DNA of 64,000 nt, taken from NCBI GenBank assembly GCA_051362555.1, contig CM120640.1:32817967-32881966 (forward strand). The letters run 5' to 3'. How positions within the stretch are numbered: the first letter of the stretch is position 1; each line of letters opens with the position of its first letter. Under the pieces are notes generated by a model that did not search any database, was not told the origin of the DNA, and saw nothing but the letters and a program-made list of their open reading frames with translations. This document shows positions 12,074 through 24,300 of this stretch, one piece after another. This DNA is from Lingula anatina (taxonomy: Eukaryota > Animalia > Brachiopoda). The position numbers were made by a program, and so were the translations under genes.

Positions 12074-15000
12074 ATGGCTGTTCCAACCAAGGCACTTCTG
12101 CTGCGTAAAACTTTGTCTTTATCACCTGCACTTGCAAAATGTCATTGTCCGGTAATGCAACTTTCAAGGTAAGTATTATTCTGAGCTTGTGCCCTTCAGA
12201 TCGAAAGAATGTTAGAAAAATGCGCCACAATTTACAACGGTCATCAGATGTACCTTATTTTGCAAAAAGATGTTTACACATACTTGACTTGCTTAAGTTG
12301 TTGACGTTGTAAAATTATGTTTTCCTGTAGCTTTTCTCTGTGATTTATCTTCATCTTAATATGTGCTTACGTGGCGAATATGAATTCTCGGTGCATATTA
12401 TATTAACCTGCTATTGAAACTACTTTTTTCTTTTAAAACATTAAATGGGACATACTATGGAATGTGGCTTTTGTCGTTTTTTCCTCTATTCTCATAAGAT
12501 ATTATAGTATCTGCTTATACTAATGGGACAATGTCTTGACTTATCAACTAGCAATAGTCATTTTGCATTATATTCTACTATTTACTGGGTATGTCAATTT
12601 TTTTGCAGAAAAGTTTCTGCATCTGTGCCACTTTCTCAGTCTGGAGAAGGAACGAAGAAGCCTAGTATATTTAGCAAGCTATTTGTTCGTGAAGTAGAGA
12701 CTGGAAAGGAGCCCCAGTCAAAGGCCCTGTCTGACATGGAGAATGTCTATGAGATAATTAGTAAGAAGATTTCATAGGTTTGGGTAGCATGTAGTGCTCT
12801 GCTGAGTGTGTGTGCCCCAATCTTGCTTCCTTCCTTTCCTTCCAATATTTGGTATGAATGCACCAAATCCAATTTGCTTGCAGGCTTTTGAAAGCATGGT
12901 TGCCAACTGTATATATAAGGCTTGAAATTTGTATTTGGGCCACTTATTTCTTTTTTTTCTAGCATTATTCAATCAGAAATGACACAAGAGAAAACAGATG
13001 TACCAGTAGCTGTTTTGAAATCTTTGTTGGCAACCCTGCATACACTTTTTCATATCTTTTTTAACAGATTGAATTTCACAAATGTTTTTATGCACTTTAA
13101 ATATAACATTGTGTGCAGTGTTTATTTTTTCCCAGGTAGAAGAATGCCAATCTGCAATATGAAGACCAGGCTGCATTTTTGCATGATATTTTACAAACTT
13201 ATGTCTGGATAATATCTTTAATAGTGTAGAAACACTTCCCTTTTAGGTGCCTGTCCACAACATTTCCTGCATTTCAAGCAGATGGTGAAGATGGGAAGAA
13301 ACAAGGCCTTTTTAGCAGCTTGTTTGTTCGTAAAATAGAAGCTACTCATGTGACTCAATCTAAACTGTTGTCAGAGCCAGGAGATGTATATCAAATACAA
13401 TGTATGGAAATTTAAAAGATCAGTATATTATCAAAAATAGATTTGCTATATATGTATATATCTCTAGTACCTAGCAATGATTTTCTATAATGATTATTCT
13501 TTTGATTTGAATTAGCTTGATTTATATTTGTATTATTTAAAAGATATAAATAATTTCCTAGTTGTATTATTTGATTTCAGTCCATTCAGTGAAGCCAGAA
13601 TGCATGGAAGCATACCTAAAGCAGTTGTAAGTAGAGATTAGGTATTTTGAATAGTTCATGCAATGAAGATTGATGTAAATTCGGTATTTGTGACATTTGG
13701 CAGGATCCTCTCTTTTTAGTGTCAGTTATTTCAAGTTGTCTACTTTTATACAAGGTTCGTCTTTGATGAAGAATGCTTGTTTTTATCTTGTGTCCTTTTG
13801 TCTGTATCTTCAGTGGTACATTTGTGGATCTTATGAAGTCAAAAGATACTGGAGCAAGCTTAGTTGGCAGCTGGACAGTAGAGATTGGGGATCAAGATGA
13901 AGCAAGTATGTGTTATGTAGAAAACTTCTTCACGTGTACCATTCTGTTTAATCGAGTAAAGTAGCACAGTTTTAACCCTATTAGCAGTGTAAGTGTTTCA
14001 TTTATTTATTTTGCATTTATTTAATATTATTGTTTTTTTAATCTTAATTTATTTAACAATAAAAGTCTTTGTGAAGACCTGTTTTTGTTACTTTTTAGTT
14101 CATGTATGGAAATACGAAGGTGGATACCCTGTGTTGAATGATGCAACATATATATACAGGACAGATAAAGTAAGTCCCCCGGTGTGTATGTGTGTGTGCT
14201 TGTGTGCATGCCTGCGTTGGTGTGTGTGTAAAAACATTTTGTTATCTTGAATTGATAAACATATAGAGGATTTCATTGACTTTTGATTGCAAAGAAACAA
14301 GAGCACTTTTGTCCCTCAGGTCAAGAGTTGACATATTGTAATTCTTCATTCAGGACTTCATTGACTTCCGGTTGCAAAGAAACAAGATGTTGAGAGCACG
14401 CAGAAATCAGATAGTTCTCCGATTTAGTTTCTGGCCAGAGCCAGTACAGAAAGACCCTGGAAATATTTATGAAATGAGAACTTATACACTGAAGGCAAGT
14501 TTTCAAAAACCTCTTCATTTCGTTATTCAGTGGATATTTTATTCTAGATTGTGGTAGGTGTGATGGTTGTGTTTTCCAGAATTGAATATGCTGTTCCTAT
14601 ATTTACTTGAAAATTTACATTGGAACATGTATGTATGTAAACTAGCTGGATTTTCATTATGGAAGAAGTGTTTTTGATGTGTGTGGTATCTTTTACAGCC
14701 TGGCACCATGATTGAATGGGGTAATATTTGGTAAGTGGGTTGAAATTTCACTTTACTTGTACGTCTTTTCTGAAATACTTAAAATCGTGTCAGTGATTAA
14801 AAAAATTCTGAACATTTATGCAGTTGACGAGTGCTTGTGAAGATAACACCAAAATATTAGATTTCTCTATAATTATGTGTTGATGTATTAGGAAGAGAGA
14901 ATTTGGATTTGGATTTTTTAGTTAAAGGATTATAAATTCTCTATTATAGGCAGCGTGGAATTAAGCACCGTATGTCTGGAAATGAAGCAATAGCTGGATA

Positions 15001-15537
15001 TTTCTCACACATTGGAGATTTGCATCAAGTCCATCATTTTTGGTGTAAGTACCTTTATTATTGAATATTTATTTTTTAAGTAAAAGAATTTTAAATTGAA
15101 TTATTTAGAATTTGAATCTCTCTCCAATTGGAATTTCATTATATTGTAATCACATTTAAGTAGGATTTGTAGTAAGAATTCAGATTAAGCATAATTGCCA
15201 TGGTTATTGTAATGTTATTATACATATGATATTATCTCTTCTTTTGATTCACTTTATCATTTTGTTAGCCTATAAATCTCTCCAAGAGCGCAAGGAAATC
15301 AGGGAGAGTGCCTGGGTGAATCCTGGTTGGGATGAAACTGTTGCCTATACAGGTAAATCATTGGAATTAGTTCTGTTTGACTGTAAACTCCCATCTAAGG
15401 AAACCATTGAAACAAATGTATTTTATCAGGTATACAGATAAATAATATTTTTATAATAAACTTCATTTTTAGTGCCTCTTATAAGGACATTGCAGTCTAG
15501 GATACTGGTTCCAACCCCATTTTCTCCATTGAAATGA
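12074..15537 (+). CDS. NIPSNAP: Protein NipSnap (NIPSNAP1/2-like, mitochondrial), ~290 aa
   Basis: Exons 12074-12168, [12609-12760 or 13247-13401], 13581-13626, 13814-13905, 14099-14169, 14354-14494 (GC donor), 14699-14730, 14950-15044, 15269-15352, 15473-15537. Motifs HSVKPEC, LVGSWTVEIGDQDEA, IYEMRTYTLKPGTMIEWG, GWDETVAYTVPLI, PFSPLK*. The N-terminus is basic and free of acidic residues, like a mitochondrial targeting sequence. Confidence 0.93.
12609..12760 (+). CDS. NipSnap alternative exon 2a
   Basis: tttttgcag|...|gtaaga, 152 nt, phase 2 to 1. Encodes KVSASVPLSQSGEGTKKPSIFSKLFVREVETGKEPQSKALSDMENVYEII. Confidence 0.85.
12895..13038. mobile_element. Degenerate MITE / inverted repeat between NipSnap exons 2a and 2b
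   Basis: CATGGTTGCCAAC at 12895 is the near-perfect reverse complement of GTTGGCAACCCTG ending at 13038. It resembles hAT-type CAGGGTTGCCA ends. No TSD seen. Confidence 0.5.
13247..13401 (+). CDS. NipSnap alternative exon 2b
   Basis: ccttttag|...|gtatgg, 155 nt, phase 2 to 1. Encodes CLSTTFPAFQADGEDGKKQGLFSSLFVRKIEATHVTQSKLLSEPGDVYQIQ, homologous to exon 2a. Confidence 0.85.
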
Positions 15538-18500
15538 AGAAGCAGTACAACTGCTGGATGCAGACATGGGGCCCATTTGACAGACTGATGGCAGGCTACT
15601 GCTATAATCCTAACAGCTAAATCCTGCCGTCTAAAATTTTAATACCCTTGAGAATTGTGAAAGACAGTGGTAATGGTTGACATTGAAAATAAATAATTGA
15701 GGATGGTTTTGGAGTATTTTACCATTTCATATCGTAGCATACCTACTGTAAGTTGCTTTATGAAAATAAAATATCTGAAATATCCCCGACTTCATTTATA
15801 AAAATAATGCATCTCCCAGTTAATAGAAATCCATAATGACACATCTTTTTATGTGTGGTAGTGTCAGTTATATGTATAAATAATTTGATGATAAATACCT
15901 GTATTATTTACAGTAAAACTGTAAACTTGCACTTTTTCAGTGGAAATAAATACTGCCATGTTGACACATTTCATGTCAGGTTATCTAGTTATGTTTGTTT
16001 GTTTTTTTTTGTGAAACATTTTACAAATACAAGAATAAATATTGTTACTAATAGTGAATATGAATTACGAATAGTTTGATTAGTATCTTACATAAGATTA
16101 TTTTAAAATAATTCCCTTTGTCCCATATCTAATGCACATTGATGTCAGTCTTTAAGACTAAAGGTAAGTTAAGGGTGGAAATAACTCTCCTGAGCTCGTG
16201 TTATATCAAATATTTTCACTAAAATTGTAAGTATTGGAAAGATATTAGTTTAGCCAGTTACTACATGTGTGTATTTTACAAGCACTTTTCATAACAATCA
16301 CTTAGATTGTACAACCATCAAGTATTGTTAAGTTTTAGTATGTTTTTCTTTTTTGAAAGTTCTGTGCAAATTTATTTGGATCCAGTTGCGTGTTCATGGG
16401 GTCATACATCTTAAGGTGTGACAAGTACTTTTGTATTTATTTTACTGGTTTGTTTGATGTCGTTTACTTATTCTTCAATTATACGTAAGAGTGATAGGTT
16501 TTGATTTTGTTTCATGCATATAACTATGAAAAGATTGAGTTAAATAATAAAATTAATGATACCAATATTTGTGCTTTGTTAGCAAATGTCTGCAAAGAAC
16601 CCTTTCATGTTAACTCCCATAAACATTGAGCATAATTTTTCCTTAAAAACCAGTTGGTTTCCAAAACCCCGGAAATTATACTATATGCTCCTGATGGGTT
16701 ATATTATGTTACGTCCTCAGTATTTCTTCAGTCTGTCTATCCACAGGGATAAGGTTTTTTCAGCTACTGTATTTCTGACTGTTTGGGAGCCAAAAATATC
16801 TGCAACAAAAACTGTTGATGGGAAGGGAGGTAATTCAGAACCCATGCTATTTTTTTAGGCTTTTTCTTCTTAAATGGCAGTCTCATCCATGTATCCATCA
16901 ACAGAACTATTTGTCACATTTGTCTTCTTAAACTACAAGAGGGACTTGGTCAAAGCTTATACCCACCATACTTCTCTGTATATACGACTGAGGATGGAAA
17001 CTGGATATTGTGTTCACATGACCCCGTCTCTTAATTTTGACCCAACTTCCCCAGTGAAATGCACTTTCACAATTAACTAGACCTTATATTTCCAATGCTA
17101 GCAGAAACTTGAATAGCAAATCCTCTTCTGGTAATCCACCTTGAATTTGAACTTTGACCAATATTACAATGTGAAATCACTTTTCCAGTATTTTGACCCT
17201 TGTATCTCCAAAACTAGAAAATATGCAACCCAAGTTTTACTATAGAACTCGAACAAGAAATCACATATAGGTCTAAATGGCAATTAAAATATGACCTTGA
17301 ATTTTGACCTACATTTTATGGTAAAATGCACTCCCCCTCCCCCCCCCCCCCAATTTTATTTTTTTTTAATTTACCAAGAGGGTAGTAGTAGCACTTTTTT
17401 CAGTGAAACATTTTTCTGAAGATTGCTGCTGACCAGGTATGAATCACACAGGAATCTTTGAAATGCCCTGGTGAGACAAAGTGTGGTGACTGACAATAAT
17501 ATAGAACCGTACAAGGGTTCTTCACATTGCAATACCTTTGGCTGTATAATGCTGTGCTATGAAATGCTCAAATTTTCAAATGATCTACTAAAAGACTGAT
17601 TTTTTTTCACAAATTTATTCAATCAACTCATTGATACAGTACAAAGCTTTATAAATAGGCGGTGGCTTCTCAGTAGTTTCTTCTCGGTGTAAGTTTTTAT
17701 ATAATACTTGTATGTAAAAAATGTGTTAGTATGATACATCTATATTAAGTACACATAATTTACCAATATGATCAAAAGTATAGTTACCTATCCATGCTCA
17801 TCATATACAACTATTGCTACAAACTTTATCATTTTGAAATACTGAACTACCGCCAGGGAAGAGGTATTGTAGCATAATGTAGTGATTAAATTGATAGAAC
17901 ACAATATTTTACTGGCAATTTGATTTTTAAGAAGCTTAAAATGTCAAAATAATAACGAAGAAAGCAAGAAACAGATGGCTACAGTGTATTCCACAAATCA
18001 AAATGTGACTATACAGTGAGTAACATTTTCAAAATGCTTCACAGCACAACAAGAACTAAATGTAACGAACAAACCTGTTATACATTTAAAACGCGAGGTT
18101 CACACTAATGCTACCTTTTAAATGACACATTTTCTTGCAGCTGAAATGGCCTGCTTGGCAGGACATTTAAAAAGCATTTCTTGTAAAGTCAAATTTTGAT
18201 ATCTGCTATGGCATGTCTAAACTCAGAATTTTTTAAGTATTAGATTCACTAATAATTCCTAAAATCAGTTACATGTGTCATCTACTAGAGTAAAATATAA
18301 TACATTATCTTTGTTAGTTTGAAGGACAATCCTAAAACAATCCTATAAATATTGATACCATCAGTTTCATTAAAAGTTTGTTTTTTTAAAAAAGGAAAAC
18401 AATTGCAGTGGTGAATCACAGACAACTTGTGAATAAATCTGTTTCAAATCCACACAATTTCAAACATACCGTATCTATTACACAAAATGAGTGAGAGGTC

Positions 18501-18581
18501 CAAACTGAGCCTTATATTGAAAAAGAAAAATGGGTGGAACACGTAGCAAAATCAGCAAAGATATCATGGATTGTTTAATGC

Positions 18582-18582
18582 C

Positions 18583-18617
<35 letters not shown>
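18582..18617. repeat. (AAT)n microsatellite
   Basis: About 12 AAT units. Confidence 0.9.
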
Positions 18618-18618
<1 letters not shown>

Positions 18619-21392
18619 TTGCCCTTAATGCCCTTTAACTGACAAATTTAAGTGCTACTACTGGTAGGTTTCACCCAAATAGTGCAGTTGTACAAAATGC
18701 CAATCAGACAAGCTGATCATGACATAATAGTTCTAAGCCCCACATGTGAGGTACACCAAAAGAGGTCTTCTTTTCACCTTAAAATGGATCACACTAAACT
18801 AGATGTTCAGAGAGGCAAAGCTGCCTTCTAAGTACGTACCACCAGCTGGATTATGCATATAAAAGGGCAATAACACTAATAAAACGGGGTCAGAAAGGCA
18901 AAACTTTGTGACATACTTTTTGATAACTATTAAATTGGACAGGAAACAATAAAAAAAAAAAAAAAAAAAAAAAAAATGGACACCACAACAGGTTTTGCAC
19001 TCTGTGAGCTTTCCAGAAAGCAACATACAACAGGTCCCTACGTTTTGTGATTTTTAATAAAGGAGTTTTTAGTTTGCATCTGTTTCTCTTGTGAAAATGC
19101 ATCGTTCAATCCCAAACTCACACAACTGAATAGAGACTTTAAGTGTCATTTCTCACCATAATATAAGTGTGTGAGTCTATTAAGTTTCTGAAAATCAGCA
19201 CTAACATATTTCTTTTACACACAAAAAAGGAAAATAATAAAATAAAATTTTATCCCATTTGCCACTGAAATTTAGGTCAATGGTCAAATTGAAGGTCAGA
19301 CTTGAATATTAAACATAACTTTCAGACAGATTTCTGTAGGAACTGTTACCATATTTCTTGTGATTTGGGAGATATTAAACATTTAATATTAAAAAAAAAT
19401 ATGGATATGGATGCATTGTGACAAGTGTCACTGCTATGTAAATACATTGATTGAAACCAAAATCTAACATGTTCAAGTTGAAATATATTCATATATATTC
19501 ATAAGTTGAAGTTTCAATTTACTTTGAGGAGATGCAGTAACAGCTGACTTGTATTTACTGACAAGTGGTGGATGAGATGGCAATATGGTTAAACCATACG
19601 TACCCACAGCCCTTATGCTTGGGGTCCAATAATTCCATCACATAGATATGCAATATGAACTGTTTTTGGTGGAGGGAAAAAATATGGCACATTTCATACA
19701 AATATACAAAAAAATACAAAATGTCCTCCTTTGAAGTTGGAACTAAAACCACAATATTTTGAAGTTCATGCTACAGAAATTCAAAATTCTTTTCTTCTAA
19801 AATTACATGTAAGCACAAGAGGATAATGGCACTGCTCACTTTAACCTTTGCTTCATCATAATTTTTCTTAAAAAATCAGGATTCATAAGACTTTGTGTGT
19901 CTGTGATACTCAAGGAGAATAGTACTGAAAGTTATTCTAGCTATTTTAATTCGATATATATATTTACACAGAAATGATATAAAAAACACTGGATCAAGTT
20001 TTCTTACTGGCCATATATTGGAGCAATATAACCAATCTAGCATTGACTTGCTTACATAAAAAATGAAGCATAATATTCTTCTAACATTAAAAATTGTAAA
20101 CATATTTTGCTGAACATTTAATTCAAAAAGAAAAATCAGGAAATAACAAGGGTTCAAACTTATTAAGTAAATAATTATACAAGTTTCAAACAAAATCACT
20201 ATCACTAAAATTTAGTACTTTTGGCAAACTATGTAGATGGATATATCTAGTTACATAAGTAAGCCTTTTACATGATACTATCCCTTGCACAGAACATAAA
20301 CACATTAAGAGTACAGATAGACAAAATGTCTTATTCATAAATCACTATCTATTATATGTCACTGTACATAAAAATATACCTATATTAAATATAATTTTAC
20401 TAAAGGATATATAACAGTTTGATGGTTCCTAGTTCTACTGTAATGTACTGTAAGAAAAAATTAATTTACGACTATCTAAAACTTTTAAGATACTGTCACT
20501 GTATAGAATTTCCTTTGATTAATTCATTGTTACTGGCCAAATCATTAAGCACACTTTACATCAATGAACTCCACCAACATTCCTTCAAGCATCTATCATT
20601 CATTGGAATCTTATTCTTTCTCCCAAGTATACATACCTAACATTCTTATAACATATACATCTTACTAATACTCTTTAAAGTTAAACCACGCTTTAAAAAG
20701 AATTGGAAAAAACAACATGATAAATAAAAAATAATAAAATAACACCTATGTACTTCATTCAACATGTTCACTTTTCCACCAAATGACCTCCCATCAAAAG
20801 AATACTTGGTGATTTAGCTACAGATCAGCTGAACCATAAAATTTTGCACAGTGAACGACAATCAAAACCAGACACCATATTGCTATTTGGTATTGCTTAT
20901 CTACTCAAGAGAACAAAGAAGTATGCAAACAACAAGAATTCATACACAGCAGTTCTACTGCTAACATCAATGGTGTTGGATTGCAAAGGTATCTAAAGTG
21001 CATCAGTTGCAACACAAACAAAACTAGACCACGCGTTAAACATGGGCTTAAGTTACAACACAAGCATAAAAACAACAAGAAACCCTACCTATGTTCAGTT
21101 TTCTGACATTCAATACTATTTTCTACTTCTCAAAATACAGTTTCTTTACTATCAAACAATGGCAGATGCTTTGGCTCGGTTTACTGGCCGTTTCTTAGAA
21201 TAAACCTATTTCTTTACAAAATGTAAAAAAAATTATACAAAATATTGATTTGAATTAGTTGACACATGTCATCATCATCACAAAAAAAAAAAAAAAAAAA
21301 AAAAAAGATTTGACTTCAAACAACTAAAAACCCATTTGGATAAGGAGCAGATAATAGTGAAGGTTTTTCTATCCTGACCTCAGCACCATAAC

Positions 21393-24300
21393 TTAAGCCT
21401 GGACGTTTTGCACAGAAGCTGTAAGCTGAGGTGACCTAGTGGCTGGAAAGTAGACCACCTGCTCATTTGGATGGAACATTTCATAATGCTGCTTCACTGC
21501 ATACATCTCCATTAAAGGACGATAGTTACAAATGGGACACGCAAACCCTTTGTGAGTACTTCGCTTTTCATACATATGGTGTTCTAAATTCTTCATACTG
21601 TCAAACCAGTGGAAACAGAATCCACACTGGACAAGTGTAACTGGAAGTCCTGGATTGCCAGAAGCATCCTTGGTTGGGGCAAGAAAACACTGCTGGTACC
21701 GATAGCTGGGCCCCATCATCATAGCACCTCCATGTGGCATCAACATAGGGTTGAATGGCTGAGATGGCACTTGCTGATTGACAGGGATGGAAGTTGGCAA
21801 ATCAGTCTTTGTTTTGTCACTTTCTGGACACCTTGGGGCTTTTATGTTAAATACACTGAAATCTGGTATATTATTAGTTTTGTTTTTGGCAGACAGTGCA
21901 TCCTGATCACCAGTTGTGCTTGTAACTTTTGGTGAGCCATCTCCATTGTTTTCTCTTTGACGTACCCTTAAATCCTGTGGCTGGTCACCTTTTCTACCAG
22001 ACTGTTTTTCATGCTGTATGTGTGCTGTTGAAGTAGTAGTAGGTGGAAAATGACTCCTAGGGACATGGATCAATGGAGGTGGTGGCCGAAGTTGTCTCAC
22101 CAGAGGTTGGGTGACAATAGCAGACTGCTTCTGCATTTGTGTAGGATTGCAAATCTGCGCTCCAGAAACTGTTGTTATAGGTTGCTGCGATGTAATTGGT
22201 TGCGGCTGCTGTACTTGCTGTTGCTGGGACAATGGCATATACTGCTGTGCTTGTGGCATGGATTGTCTGTGAACAGGAGCCTGTTGGGTTCTACTTGGCA
22301 CTTGAGATACCACTCTGGTTGGAGAGGTATCTGACGCTCTCTGCTGACCTGGAATAGTTGATGGCTGCTGTGACTGACCAACTCCCATGCCCTGGCTATT
22401 ATGATAATAAGGTACCATAAAAGGTGACATTTGGCCTGTTGGCATCATTTGTTGGCCTTGACCAGCTGCCATCATAGACATCATAGGCATCATCATAGGA
22501 AATTGCTGAGGAATCATGGGCATGGCTTGGGCAGGCATTGCTAGAGGTGGAATAACCATGGAACTACTTTGTGAACCTGGTGATCCAAGACTTCCTTGGG
22601 CAGTTGTACTTTGTTTGTCAGTTGCTGCTCTCACAGCATTGTATGCTGTAGTTTTTCCTTGCTGCAGCTGTGAAACAGTCTGTGGTGACAATTGCCTTAT
22701 ACCTGAAAAAGCTTGTTGCCTTACACCAGTCATCTCAGGCGGCTGTTGAACAGCTTGCTGAACTGTGGCTTGATTTGTCAGGGGCTGTCTAATGTTTTGT
22801 TGGGGTTGTCTAAATGCTTGCAGTGTTTCATTCGGTACCGCTGAAGGCTGTACTCCATCTTTCTGGGGTACAAAACCAGCTTTTGATTGTTCCCTTGCTT
22901 GGGCAAGATATGCTCGATTGATGGCCACCTGGGAAGGATATCCTCCCCTTGGAGGATTGGATGTTTGTGCAACAGAATTGCTCCCCTGTTGCAGCTGTCT
23001 ATCAGTCTTTTTCAAGACTTCAGTAATAGTTGGATGGCTATCACTAAGTGGAGTTTTCCCCAGCTGTGGTAGGACATGTACAGATGTTTGCACTGTTGTC
23101 ATAATGGAAGTTGCCTGAGTCACTGCAACTGTATATGTAGAGCCAATATCTACAGAAGAGCCAGTACTGTGACTCATCGGTATTGTGACCATACTTACTG
23201 GGGTATGTGTGCTCAGTGCATTTTCTAAAATTTGCCTTTCAGCACCTGAAAGCGGTGCTCTTCTGAGCTGCTGTGGTACTAGAGATGACTGCAGAGAATG
23301 GTTTGGACTCGTGTTGTGATTTGCTGGAGGTTCGTGTAGTGTCAATGCTGCAGTAATTTCTGGCATCTGCTTGGATGTGCTGGTTTCTCTGCCTGTTGTT
23401 ACAACACTCTGTGGAATGCTGGGTATAGCTGTTGTTGCTGCTTGGCTCGAAACAGCAGTGTTATTTTGCATAAGTGACCCAGGCTGATGTGTTGACTTTG
23501 TGGCCATCTGTGAGCTCTGTGCTGAGGTTTTTGTTTGTGTGGCAACTGGTTGTTTTGGTTGTGGGTCCATGCCTATGAATATTACATCATCATCATCATC
23601 TTCATCATCAATCATACTGTCTGTCTGTGTTCCTATTGTTGCATACATAACCTTTTTCTTTTCCTTTTGAGGAGACCCTTGTGACTGTAAAGAAACAGAG
23701 CTTTTTGATGTCGTTGCATTGTTGTAGATAGAATGAAACTTGGGTTGCTGATTCAAAGCTTCTGATGGTGCTAATTCAGTGGTTGCAGGTATAGCATACG
23801 TTGACTGAAGTTCACGCAACTGGCTAACAGCTGTTGAAATTGCTTCAGATGAACTTATCTTTTTCTCTGGGCTTACTTGTCTAACGCGTTTGGGAGACAC
23901 GGTTTTAACAGGTTGGGCCTGATTCTTCTGTATGTCCTCAATATTACTCAAGGAAGCAGAAACAACAGATGCCATGTCCTCTTGCACTACTGTCTTCGAA
24001 CCTGTCGAGGTAGTGGCTGCAACAGGTTTAGCCATGCAAGCCGACTTCCTTTTCACAATTTCTGAAATACTGATTTGAACTGCCTCTTCTTGTATAGAGG
24101 GAGATTGCTTAGCAACACTTCCATCAACTTCACTTAAAGGGGCACTTGATACTGGAATGCTGGACTGGGTGGATGTCAAATTGGATCCTGTTTTTTTAAA
24201 CCTATTTCTTCGCCTTTTTCTATACCTCACTGCCCAACTCCTACGGCCAGCTCTTCTTCTGTTTTGCTTTGTCCTCTTAGGCTGTGTTGGAAAGGTGCTT

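Noticed and set aside
15535-15590. Stop-codon readthrough or selenocysteine at the TGA stops of NipSnap and SETD8
   Set aside because: The stops sit at conserved C-termini, there is no TGA-CTAG context or evident SECIS, and SETD8 has tandem stops (TGATAATGA).
17030-17330. Scattered TGACC/GACCTTGA motifs resembling nuclear-receptor half sites
   Set aside because: More likely remnants of an old interspersed repeat. No boundaries can be defined.
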